DNA of 64,000 bases from a virus: IMG/VR virus record IMGVR_UViG_3300042387_000725, positions 1 to 64,000 of that record. One strand, 5' to 3'. Shown here piece after piece: positions 49,806 through 58,692 of this stretch. The position numbers were made by a program, and so were the translations under genes. Below the pieces are notes generated by a model that did not search any database, was not told the origin of the DNA, and was given only the letters and a program-made list of their open reading frames with translations. Position 1 is the first letter of the stretch. Every line of letters starts with the position of its first letter.

Positions 49806-50668
49806 TTTATCCTTCTTTCTTTGTCAGCGCTAATTTTATTTGGATTATCTAGTCTAAATTCTTCTATAATAGATGGTTGCATTTCTGCCCAAACTTCTTT
49901 ACCAAACTCTTTTTCTTTTTCAAACCACTCAGGACTGCCTACAGAATATTTCATCCAATACATTCTAGAAAGATACTTGTTTGCTCCCGTTGCAGGCATT
50001 ACGCCATGTATGTAAACAGATCCATTTTTTGTTAATACATCTGGGTGACCTGATGGGAAAATCAAAAAATCTCCAGCCTTTGGCTTATACATGTATGCTT
50101 CACCATCAACAATAAAGTCTATCTCTCCACCTTCATAGTCGTCATTAAAATAACAAAGAGCAGTTATTGCAAACTTATACCCTGGACTTGTTATTGGCTC
50201 ACGAATATAATCAGAATGATAGGTCATTGCTAGTGGGTCTTCAATATCTGTTTTATATCTTGCTATAGATGGTCCAGTCATTTGCCATTCTTCCATAAGT
50301 TGACCATTATTTGCTAATACCGTTTTTGTTTTGTCAAGTTCTATACCATTACGTAAAGCATAGTCTTCAGTAGCTAAATAAAAATTTTTAAAAAGTTCAA
50401 GGATTGCAAGCTTTTGAAGTTCTTGTTTTTCTGTTTTTGTTTCTATTTCCTCAATTAAGTCAATTCTTAAATTAGATTGGTAACCCTTAAACATAGGACT
50501 TAAATATTCTCCGAAATGAGCCCATTGAGTCCATGGACTAAAAATACCATCTTCTTCTCCTGTAGAATTTTTTAACAACTCATAGGTTTGTTCTATATTC
50601 TTAAAAAGATTTTTATATACAAATATTTTAGGATATATTTCAATGGCTTCTAAAGTATTTTGACTCAT
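49802..50668 (-). CDS. 2OG-Fe(II) oxygenase, prolyl-4-hydroxylase-like
   Basis: HSD...YFNDDYEGGE...HGV...KY; start moved to MSQNT (ATGA overlap). Confidence 0.88.
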   Translation of the reverse strand: MSQNTLEAIEIYPKIFVYKNLFKNIEQTYELLKNSTGEEDGIFSPWTQWAHFGEYLSPMFKGYQSNLRIDLIEEIETKTEKQELQKLAILELFKNFYLATEDYALRNGIELDKTKTVLANNGQLMEEWQMTGPSIARYKTDIEDPLAMTYHSDYIREPITSPGYKFAITALCYFNDDYEGGEIDFIVDGEAYMYKPKAGDFLIFPSGHPDVLTKNGSVYIHGVMPATGANKYLSRMYWMKYSVGSPEWFEKEKEFGKEVWAEMQPSIIEEFRLDNPNKISADKERRIK

Positions 50669-51345
50669 GGCTTTCTGTCTCCTGTATGTGCCGTAATTTC
50701 CCAAAAAAATGGACATGTAAATCTTAATCCACTTTTTATTTCACTTACTCCATGGATATAGTTTTTATCTCCTGGGAAAAAATAAGCAGCACCTTTCTTA
50801 GGTTTAAATTGCACACCTTGCAGAGGAAAATATAATTCTCCCCCTTCATAATCATCATTTAAATAAAACAAACTTGAAAGATCATAGTTTGGAAAATCAT
50901 TTGGAAGTCCAGCATCTGGTCCTTCATGAAGTTCTTTGTCTGCATGAGGCTTTTGAAATTGCCCTGGAAGCCATTTAACAATTGTAGTTCCAGTTGGTAC
51001 AACTTCTACCTTATAAAAATCTTCAACAATTGGTTTTAGTCTTTGAAATAAACCAGCTATAACTGGGGCAATTCTAGGATCATTTTTGTCAAGACTAGGA
51101 GTTGTTGCTACTCTATCTTTCCAGTAGTCTGAGTCATATACAACAGTGCCGTTTTCATTTACATGGCTTTGTGTTACATCCCAGATAGTTAGAGATTTTG
51201 CTGCTTTTTCTAAAAACTCAATCTCTTCTTCAGTCATGAAGTTTTCTAGCTCTACAATCATGTCTTTGCTGTCTCCAAACCATCCAGATGGGGTTATTGA
51301 CGGAGATCTTTTTACTACTGTATATTCATCTTTGTTTTGTTCCAT
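50665..51345 (-). CDS. 2OG-Fe(II) oxygenase, prolyl-4-hydroxylase-like
   Basis: HAD...YLNDDYEGGE.YF...HGV...GLRF. Confidence 0.88.
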   Translation of the reverse strand: MEQNKDEYTVVKRSPSITPSGWFGDSKDMIVELENFMTEEEIEFLEKAAKSLTIWDVTQSHVNENGTVVYDSDYWKDRVATTPSLDKNDPRIAPVIAGLFQRLKPIVEDFYKVEVVPTGTTIVKWLPGQFQKPHADKELHEGPDAGLPNDFPNYDLSSLFYLNDDYEGGELYFPLQGVQFKPKKGAAYFFPGDKNYIHGVSEIKSGLRFTCPFFWEITAHTGDRKP

Positions 51346-51347
51346 TT

Positions 51348-52070
51348 TTATATTATATCATCCTTCGTATTATCTATTACTCCAAGCTTTATGGTTTTAG
51401 CCTCATGGCTACCCAAAGATTCACCTTTTTCATTTACTGCATTTCTATACCAGTCTGTCCATTTTCCTACCTTGTTAATTTCTTGTGCTGCATCTCCATA
51501 AGATTTATTTGCTGCTTGTTTTTTTCCATCTGGATCCGTGTATTTGTTAATTTGAATAACAGTATTATTTAAGCTTGTTAAAGAGATAGGAATTATTGTT
51601 GCAAGTGGGGTTCCTGCCTTTATTGTTGTAATTTTATTTGCTGCTTTTGCTTTTGCTTTAATTGCTAATGGCAGAGGATTGTCATAAAAAGATGTACTTA
51701 TAACGTTAGACATAGTTTCAAACTCGTCGCTATAATAATTGACTGGATTTATTGTAATAATGCTAAAATTTTCTTCTGTTCTAAAGTATAGACCAGTATC
51801 AAAACTTATTGATGACTGACCTCTTCCAGAATAAGCTCTATCTGGTCCAAAAACTTTTACATTGTCTGGACGCTCACTATTGATCCCATCCCACTCAAAA
51901 CATACATCTTGTTTACAAAAAATACTCCAACCAATTGAATTTGCCTGTGTTACAGGAAAACAATGGTATGCATGTTTTTCTGATGAGACATCCATCCAGT
52001 CTCTCTTAATAGACATAGGAGAAATATCAAATAAAGAGTGTGAGTCTTTTTCAATTATAACATTTATCAT
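51348..52070 (-). CDS. DUF6065-like protein
   Basis: RDWM...HAYHCFPVTQAN..GW...I.AGTPLA.IIP...WYR pattern (family name from recall). Confidence 0.6.
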   Translation of the reverse strand: MINVIIEKDSHSLFDISPMSIKRDWMDVSSEKHAYHCFPVTQANSIGWSIFCKQDVCFEWDGINSERPDNVKVFGPDRAYSGRGQSSISFDTGLYFRTEENFSIITINPVNYYSDEFETMSNVISTSFYDNPLPLAIKAKAKAANKITTIKAGTPLATIIPISLTSLNNTVIQINKYTDPDGKKQAANKSYGDAAQEINKVGKWTDWYRNAVNEKGESLGSHEAKTIKLGVIDNTKDDII

Positions 52071-52726
52071 TAGTCTGCCTCTGCGCTATACATTTCTGGA
52101 GTATGAAACTTTTTACTGTAATCAAGCATTGTAACAATAGAGTACTTGAGTCCAGATGTTACTGGCATTGCCTGATGAGGATACATGTAGTTTGATGGAA
52201 ACACAAAAAGATCTCCTGCTTCTGGCTTAACCTTTAGGTTTTGAAGTCTAAAGAATAACTCTCCACCCTCATAGTCATCATTTGGATATCCTACAAGTGA
52301 TACAGTACAGTTATATGAGAATCCATGATCATGGTGTTCCATAAAGTGCTGTCCTGGACCATACTTAATAAAATTAAATGCTTCCCAATATTTTAGGTTA
52401 TGAATATTGTGCATCTTGCAATAGTCTTCTACTACTGGAGACTTAACATCGTATAGATCTTGCCATAGTGACTGAAGGTTTAAGCTTGTTTCACTTGTAT
52501 CATTTTCAATGTCTGTTTTCTTGAACTTAAAATCATTGCAATCTCTGTAGTCTGGCATTAATTGTTTATATCCAACATAGGCAGGCTGCCAACTGTATCC
52601 AGTCGTATCTCCTACTGGCTTAAGGTTTTCTTCAATTCTTTTAATTACTTCAATTTCTTTTTTAATTACACCTTTGTAACAGAATATTCCATTTCCAAGA
52701 TTTTGTTTTTCTGTCCACGTTTGCAT
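52070..52726 (-). CDS. 2OG-Fe(II) oxygenase, prolyl-4-hydroxylase-like
   Basis: HHD...NDDYEGGE...FPS...H.A.PV.SG.KY. Confidence 0.88.
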   Translation of the reverse strand: MQTWTEKQNLGNGIFCYKGVIKKEIEVIKRIEENLKPVGDTTGYSWQPAYVGYKQLMPDYRDCNDFKFKKTDIENDTSETSLNLQSLWQDLYDVKSPVVEDYCKMHNIHNLKYWEAFNFIKYGPGQHFMEHHDHGFSYNCTVSLVGYPNDDYEGGELFFRLQNLKVKPEAGDLFVFPSNYMYPHQAMPVTSGLKYSIVTMLDYSKKFHTPEMYSAEAD

Positions 52727-52800
52727 TTATTGCTCCCTCTTTATATTTTTAGACTATATTGCTATCTAACAGTTTACCATATTTATAGCAATTATATTTA

Positions 52801-53736
52801 TTATTCCTTCCAAACTGCATGAACACAGCTTGTGCAAAAATTTTCATAAGAATTTTTAATCATATTTTTGCGTTCTTGGCTTTCCCATATTTCCTTTATT
52901 GGCTTTTCATTAATATTAGCAAATATTGTTTCAAACTCATAGTCATTGCAGCATAAGAATACATCTCCATTAGCATTTATATGTATCCAATCTTCAGTCC
53001 TACTTCCCATATTATTGCAGCCAATAACCTTGCCCTTTTTATTTATTTTATTTTTCATTATTTTACGAGTATCTAAATTTCCTGCTCTGTCAACTAAAGA
53101 TATATTTGGAAATATTCTAATTTCTGGGAATGACTCTTTCATTTGCTTAAGAGCAATTGCTGTATCTCCAGTATTATCATCTAAATTTATTTCAGGAGCA
53201 TTTTCCAATAACTCTGTATATCTAAGTGAACTTTGGTTAATTCCATTAACTTGCATTGAAATTTTTTCAACAGGAAAATTATCTATAGCGTATCTAATGT
53301 TGTCCATAACTCTTTGGTGCATTTTTTCAGGTTTACCTGTCATTTTTGACCAGGTAGCAGCATCAGCGGAAGGTGTATTAAAGTGGATTAAATCAACTAC
53401 ATCACTATATTCTTTGATAATGTCCATCTTTTCTTTTGTTAATGGAGAACCATTTGTTAGTACAACTGTTCTAACTCCATGCTCTCTAAACAAATCAAGC
53501 ATTTCTTTAAAATGCTCATAAAGCAAAACTTCGTTATAGTGTGCTGTATAAATAAAAGAAAACTGTGGATCTACAAAATCTCCAATACCAGCCTTTAGCT
53601 GTTCAAGAATAGACCTAATTGTTTCAATAGACATGGTTTTTCTACCAATTGCTGGGTTTCCATCATATGCTACAGGACAAAACCAACAACCAAGATTACA
53701 CAAACCATTAGGATCTAATTGAACTAACTTTATCAC
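52801..53736 (-). CDS. Radical SAM protein with SPASM/Twitch domain
   Basis: CNLGCWFC (CxxxCxxC), TNG, C-terminal C...I..NGDV.LCC.D...C..C. Confidence 0.88.
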   Translation of the reverse strand: MIKLVQLDPNGLCNLGCWFCPVAYDGNPAIGRKTMSIETIRSILEQLKAGIGDFVDPQFSFIYTAHYNEVLLYEHFKEMLDLFREHGVRTVVLTNGSPLTKEKMDIIKEYSDVVDLIHFNTPSADAATWSKMTGKPEKMHQRVMDNIRYAIDNFPVEKISMQVNGINQSSLRYTELLENAPEINLDDNTGDTAIALKQMKESFPEIRIFPNISLVDRAGNLDTRKIMKNKINKKGKVIGCNNMGSRTEDWIHINANGDVFLCCNDYEFETIFANINEKPIKEIWESQERKNMIKNSYENFCTSCVHAVWKE

Positions 53737-53747
53737 ATTGTTACCAT

Positions 53748-54515
53748 CTATCTATATTCTCTTCTTGACCATACTTTATTTTTATATATACCGCCATCTG
53801 GTTGACGATAAAATTTTGAATTATCAACCATATTACCATATATCTCTGATTGATTCAAAATCTCTATATTATGATCCCAGTTTTCTCTTTTAAATGGCAA
53901 AATCTGAAGATACGGAGTTCCTGCTGGAATTGTTCCTTCCCAACCATCTGCAATAAAAAATGGAAAACTTCCAAGAAGATGAACTTTATCTGAATCAACA
54001 ACACCAGTGGTATTTAAAAATGGAAGATCAAATCTATTCATTGGTGTCATGAATAGTGCACTATATCCTTCTGGTAGTTTTAATCCCCAGTCAGCAGACC
54101 ATGCAAAATGATACTTGTAGTATCCATGCGGATGTTCAAACTGTGGCATAGGAGGTCTCTGAGTACAAAAGTCTTGATACTTAGAGTCTTCAATCTTTAC
54201 ATTAATTATACCCTGCGAGTTTTTAAAAAATGTTAAGTCACAAGGGGTTTTAAAAACATATCCAGTTGAAAATGCATCCATGATTGCAGGACATGCTTTC
54301 CATGTTGGAATCTTTCCATAATCATCAGTAGTTCCCTCTTTTGGAAATGGACAAACCTCTTTTGGCGCTTTATAGTATTCCCCATTTGGCATCTTTGCAA
54401 ATCTATCTGCATCTTTGTACCAGTCTGGAATTTCTTTTTGTGTTGGAACAGGAACAGAAATACTTTCTTTATTTAGCCATGGCCTATAAGATTTAAATGT
54501 AGCTATTAGTGACAC
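53748..54515 (-). CDS. DUF6065-like protein
   Basis: P.WYK...TWKACPA..D....GY...PEGYS.LF..P.N...GVVD.D...I.AGTP..QILPFKRE. Confidence 0.6.
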   Translation of the reverse strand: MSLIATFKSYRPWLNKESISVPVPTQKEIPDWYKDADRFAKMPNGEYYKAPKEVCPFPKEGTTDDYGKIPTWKACPAIMDAFSTGYVFKTPCDLTFFKNSQGIINVKIEDSKYQDFCTQRPPMPQFEHPHGYYKYHFAWSADWGLKLPEGYSALFMTPMNRFDLPFLNTTGVVDSDKVHLLGSFPFFIADGWEGTIPAGTPYLQILPFKRENWDHNIEILNQSEIYGNMVDNSKFYRQPDGGIYKNKVWSRREYR

Positions 54516-55243
54516 TACTTATGACCTAGCTCGTTAATATCTGTCATTACCACAACACAGTACTTTGTACCTGACTTCATCGGAAGAGATGCATGCTCAT
54601 AAATATAGTTTGAAGGAAATACTGCTATATCTCCAACTCTTGGTGTATGAACATAGTTGTCTAGTCTTGGGAACTTTATTTCTCCACCTTCGTAATCATC
54701 ATTAATATAGATTACTGCAGATACTGTGCAATTGTAGGCTGGACCATGATCAGCATGAATATTAAAGTGTGTTCCTTCTCCTTCATACTTTACAAAATTA
54801 AATGCTTCATAATAAACAACATTGATTCCCCAGTATGCAGCGTAATCATCAATGCAGTACTTTAATTTTTGATAGATCTCTTCATGAAGATCTAAAAGTT
54901 CTGAGTTTGTTTCATCTCTTGGTCCTAAGTTTTCCTGCTTGTACTTAAAGTCTACACAGTCTCTAGCCTTCTTGATAGGAGTTGTAGAATTAGTTACCTG
55001 AGCTTCTGACCATTTATGTTTTTTGTCACCAGACAGATTTGACTCAAGAATATTTATGTATCTATCAGCATCTGCTTTAGAAAATGTATCATGATATACA
55101 TGCAGGCCTAATCCAAGATTCTCAGCGACAATGCCATCTTTGAGCTGTCGTGGAGGGATTCTGTTTGATGCTGTTTCTGATCTATCTTTAGTAAACCAGT
55201 AGTTTGAGTTTTCATCTTGTACTTGTAAGTTATTATATTCCAT
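54515..55243 (-). CDS. 2OG-Fe(II) oxygenase, prolyl-4-hydroxylase-like
   Basis: HAD...YINDDYEGGE...FPS...H.S.P..SG.KY. Confidence 0.88.
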   Translation of the reverse strand: MEYNNLQVQDENSNYWFTKDRSETASNRIPPRQLKDGIVAENLGLGLHVYHDTFSKADADRYINILESNLSGDKKHKWSEAQVTNSTTPIKKARDCVDFKYKQENLGPRDETNSELLDLHEEIYQKLKYCIDDYAAYWGINVVYYEAFNFVKYEGEGTHFNIHADHGPAYNCTVSAVIYINDDYEGGEIKFPRLDNYVHTPRVGDIAVFPSNYIYEHASLPMKSGTKYCVVVMTDINELGHK

Positions 55244-56042
55244 TTGTTTCTCCCTTTTTTTCTGTTAAATTTAATTGCTTAGCCATATATTTTTTAGTTA
55301 AATACCCAATTAAAGTATTTTCTTGTGGAGTAGAAGACATGCTTGGAATTTCTACCTGATGTCTTTTCCAAGAAGAAGAAAATAAAGATACAGCAACACT
55401 ATTACGTATTAATTTTTTACTATATTCAAAACTTATTGGATCTAAAAAGCTATCTATATGTGAATACCTTATTGGATTAAACACACTCTCTTCTTTGGCA
55501 AAACTTGTTAAATTGTTTTTTTCAATTATTTTTGTAAGTAGCTCTGGACCATTTGCAATTTGATCCTTTTGTGATCCATTTGGTATAAAAACAAAATTAT
55601 CAATTAATTCATTTAAAATCTTTTTATCATTTATATACAAAATACCATTGCCAATTCTTACTGGCTCTTTTGCTGGGTAAGGCTTGTCTATAAGAAATCC
55701 AAAAAGATATGGTTCTGGATCTGGCCACTCATCTTTTAAACAGACGGAATCAGAATCTGTCCAAATAAGATTTGTGTTTTTTAACATATGCAATCTAAAG
55801 AAATCAGCAAACTGTGCATGCCCACCTCCAAAGAGTTCATTATCAAATTTTGTTAGAAATATATCTTTTTCTAATACAATTTCATTGGCATCTTTTTTTA
55901 TGGCACCCTCTGGTACCTCAATAGACATATCATATAAATATATATTTAGTTCATGTCCATGATAAATATATGAATTCCATGAGAGTTGCTGTAACAATGT
56001 TGGTTTATTTCCAAACCACAATGTACCAAACTTTAAACCCAT
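55233..56042 (-). CDS. GT32-like (Gly_transf_sug/OCH1) DxD glycosyltransferase
   Basis: TLWFG...LS..S....GH...LY, DANEI, FADFFR, IWTDSD, GPELLT. Confidence 0.8.
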   Translation of the reverse strand: MGLKFGTLWFGNKPTLLQQLSWNSYIYHGHELNIYLYDMSIEVPEGAIKKDANEIVLEKDIFLTKFDNELFGGGHAQFADFFRLHMLKNTNLIWTDSDSVCLKDEWPDPEPYLFGFLIDKPYPAKEPVRIGNGILYINDKKILNELIDNFVFIPNGSQKDQIANGPELLTKIIEKNNLTSFAKEESVFNPIRYSHIDSFLDPISFEYSKKLIRNSVAVSLFSSSWKRHQVEIPSMSSTPQENTLIGYLTKKYMAKQLNLTEKKGETNGI

Positions 56043-56101
56043 AAGTTTATGCCCCAATCTTATTTAATCAATCATACCATATAGTTGATTTATAAGAATA
56101 A

Positions 56102-56383
56102 TTATTTATTTTTTAATGTATTTAGTTCGTCTTCTAGTTTTTCTATTTTTTGCATTAAGATCTTTAAAACTTCTACTGCATAAACAGAAAGAATGTCATA
56201 CCTAAGAGCCATAGGCTTATCTTCTTTATCTAAGATAACCATATACTTTAAAGAGTCTACCTCATTAACCTCTTCTGCTATATATCCTAGTTGCCTAATA
56301 TTTTTAGGATCATTATTATATATCCAGGTTACTGGGTTTAAAGCTTGTATGGCTTTTTCAAAATCAATTTCAGTTGACCCCAT
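56102..56383 (-). CDS. Stand-alone C-terminal part of a peptidase S74 intramolecular chaperone domain
   Basis: I.ALNPVTW.Y...GYIAEEV...LRY...coiled coil; lacks the S-x-x-R-x-K start; own AAGGGG RBS. Confidence 0.75.
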   Translation of the reverse strand: MGSTEIDFEKAIQALNPVTWIYNNDPKNIRQLGYIAEEVNEVDSLKYMVILDKEDKPMALRYDILSVYAVEVLKILMQKIEKLEDELNTLKNK

Positions 56384-56401
56384 GTTATTTAACTACCCCT
56401 T

Positions 56402-57250
56402 TTATGAATTGATGTTTACAACCCTCATTATACTGTGCTTAAACCTCGCAGATGAGTATCCAAATCTTGGGAAGAACGGGAAGAATGGAGGGAAGAACGG
56501 TGGGAAGAACGGTGGGAAGAACGGTGGGAAGAACGGGAAGAAAGGTGGGAAGAACGGTGGGAAGAACGGGAAGAACGGGAAGAAAGGTGGGAAAAATGGA
56601 GGGAAGAACGGGAAGAATGGTGGGAAAAATGGAGGGAAAAATGGTGGAGTTGTTGTAATAGAACCAGAAGCATCTGAAGTTTCAGAATTTCCATTAGCAT
56701 TTGTTGCATAAACTGTGTATGTCTGAGAAGTGCCACCTTCTTGAGCTACTGCAGCGCTTAGAGTTGATCCTGATACTGTTGCTCCCTTAGAATCAGAAGA
56801 TGCCCAAGTATATCCAGTAATCGCAGAACCACCATTTGCTGGGGCAGACCAAGAAACGTTATCTTGATTAACCTGTGTAGTTACAGTTGGTGCTGAAGGT
56901 TTAGCTGGAACTGTTGTTGCAGTAATTGAAGCAGATTCTGACGAAGCAGTAGATGTTCCTGCAGCATTTGTTGCTGTTACTGTAAATGTATAGGCAGTAT
57001 TAGATTGAAGACCAGTTACAGTGACTGGAGAAGTTGCACCAGTACCTGTAAAACCTCCAGGAGATGAGGTAGCTGTAAAAGATGTGGCTGCAGGAGAAAG
57101 TGCTGGTAGAGAGAAAGAAACAGTTGCTGCACCATTATTAAATGCTCGTGCAGTTCCAACATTTGTTGCTGTAACATCTGTTGGAGCTAATGGTTCTAAG
57201 AAGTCATTTGATGCCTGAGACTTCTTACCCGCTTTTTTCCCTGCTGCCAT
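56402..57250 (-). CDS. FN3-domain protein with a 60-aa (P)PFF tract and an S74-type cleavage motif
   Basis: Two FN3 domains (GLQSNTAYTFTVTATN; W.AP.NGGS.ITGY), P/F-only tract, then RFGY-SSARFKHSI; AGGAG RBS. Confidence 0.85.
   Translation of the reverse strand: MAAGKKAGKKSQASNDFLEPLAPTDVTATNVGTARAFNNGAATVSFSLPALSPAATSFTATSSPGGFTGTGATSPVTVTGLQSNTAYTFTVTATNAAGTSTASSESASITATTVPAKPSAPTVTTQVNQDNVSWSAPANGGSAITGYTWASSDSKGATVSGSTLSAAVAQEGGTSQTYTVYATNANGNSETSDASGSITTTPPFFPPFFPPFFPFFPPFFPPFFPFFPFFPPFFPPFFPFFPPFFPPFFPPFFPPFFPFFPRFGYSSARFKHSIMRVVNINS
56468..56647 (-). repeat. Coding PPFF/PFF tandem repeat (11 PPFF + 5 PFF)
   Basis: 12- and 9-nt units with synonymous variation. Confidence 0.95.
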
Positions 57251-57272
57251 TTTTATCTCCTAGTTTATTGTA

Positions 57273-58652
57273 TTACGCTGTTAAATCGCCGTAGACAACC
57301 CAAGTATTTTCTGCTCTTTTGAAAAGAGTTGCAGATGACCACTGAGTTCTTAGCTTTAATCCTGGTGTTGCATTTACTGTTACTCCTACTGCTCCTGCAA
57401 TTGTAACCTGTCCTGTTCCCGTCTGAAGAATATCTAGTGATGTTCCGATTGGGTATGCAATTGTTGCATTTAGAGGAATTGTTAATGTAAGTGCTGAAGA
57501 GGATCCCATTTCAATTAAATCATCTCTGTGATCCAATGTTGAAAGTGTGTATGAAGCAGTCTTTTGAGTAATAGGTGTTAAAGAGTCTACCTTTAATCCA
57601 AGGCTAGTTGTTACTGTTCCTGCAAAATCAGCGTCGTCTCCGAGTGCTGCAGCAAGTTCATTAAGAGTATTAAGTGCTGCTGGTGCGCTATCAAGAACTG
57701 CATTTACCTGAGCAGTTGCATCTGCAATTGCTTCTGTCTTAGCAGTTTCAATCGCTGTAGCCTGTGCGGTTGACACTGGCTTATCTGCATCTGCTGTGTT
57801 ATCAACATTTCCAAGCCCTACATCCGCTTTTACAATCCCTACTGGAGATGTAATTGTTTTATTTGTTAAAGTTTGTGTTCCAGTTGTTGTAACTAGTATG
57901 CTAGTGTCTGCAATGCCGTGTACGTTTGTTGTATCATCATTGTGTGTTGTAACATATCCAGATGCTGTTGATTCTGCTTCTGATTTAGCAGTTGCAACAT
58001 TTGATGTAGTTGCAAGAACTGAAGTATCTGCAATACCATGAACGTTTGTTGTGTCGTTATTGTGTGTTGTTACTGCTCCATCTGCATATGTCTTTGTTGC
58101 TACTGTGCTATCAATATCAAACTGATCTGTGTCTGCATTCCAGTCAATTCCTGTTCCTGCAAGTTCTGACTGATCAACTGTTGCATTTCCAACTGCAGTT
58201 CCAACATACTCTTCCATACCATCTTGTGTTACGAGAACTGAGGTGTCAGTAATTCCATGAACGTTTGTTGTGTCGTTATTATGTGTTGTTACTGCGCTAT
58301 TTGTAAAAGACTGAGTTGCAAGGTCTGCCGTATTAGCAATTCCGTGAATATCTGTTGTATCAGATTGGTGATTAGATAGGTTTGTTGCTACTGTTGAGAA
58401 AAAGTTTGGATCATCATTTATTGCTGCTGCAAGCTCATTTAGAGTATCAAGTGCTCCTGGTGCTCCAGCAATAAGGTTAGATATTGAGTCACTATCTGAG
58501 AAGTATGAGAGGTCTGACCAGTGGTTAGTTCCATCACCAATCTTAAACTTATTTGTGTCTGTTTCGTATCCAATTTCTGCTACGTTTAGAATTGGATCTG
58601 CAGAGGTCCACTGAGAAGCAGTTCCTCTGCGCTGTTGCATTCTTGTTGCCAT
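57273..58652 (-). CDS. Fibre protein with Mtd-N-type N-terminus and His repeats
   Basis: QQRRGT..QW...PIL...EIG.ETDT.KFKIGDG; two AP..L.TL.ELA.A motifs; four H..DTT..HGI.[DN]T repeats. Confidence 0.8.
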   Translation of the reverse strand: MATRMQQRRGTASQWTSADPILNVAEIGYETDTNKFKIGDGTNHWSDLSYFSDSDSISNLIAGAPGALDTLNELAAAINDDPNFFSTVATNLSNHQSDTTDIHGIANTADLATQSFTNSAVTTHNNDTTNVHGITDTSVLVTQDGMEEYVGTAVGNATVDQSELAGTGIDWNADTDQFDIDSTVATKTYADGAVTTHNNDTTNVHGIADTSVLATTSNVATAKSEAESTASGYVTTHNDDTTNVHGIADTSILVTTTGTQTLTNKTITSPVGIVKADVGLGNVDNTADADKPVSTAQATAIETAKTEAIADATAQVNAVLDSAPAALNTLNELAAALGDDADFAGTVTTSLGLKVDSLTPITQKTASYTLSTLDHRDDLIEMGSSSALTLTIPLNATIAYPIGTSLDILQTGTGQVTIAGAVGVTVNATPGLKLRTQWSSATLFKRAENTWVVYGDLTA

Positions 58653-58692
58653 TTTTATACTCCTCTAGTATTTGTATATTATATCAGACAAT

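Noticed and set aside
56043-56057. LGHK peptide upstream of the GT start echoing the LGHK end of the 54515 oxygenase
   Set aside because: Only four residues with different codons; compatible with chance.
56384-56404. Frameshift or readthrough fusing the PPFF protein to the S74 remainder
   Set aside because: The ORFs are in frame but separated by two different stops (TAA, TAG), and the downstream ORF has its own RBS.
56468-56647. CRISPR-like array or G-quadruplex/triplex function for the purine-rich repeat (also 62925-63059)
   Set aside because: There are no unique spacers, and the purine skew follows directly from Pro/Phe codons on the other strand.
56193-56711. Plus-strand ORFs with GKNG / GRTV repeats
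   Set aside because: They are antisense shadows of the PPFF tract; synonymous variation preserves the P/F frame and there is no RBS.
57273-58652. Diversity-generating retroelement suggested by the Mtd-N domain
   Set aside because: No reverse transcriptase, C-type lectin variable region or adenine-specific TR/VR pair was seen in the window.
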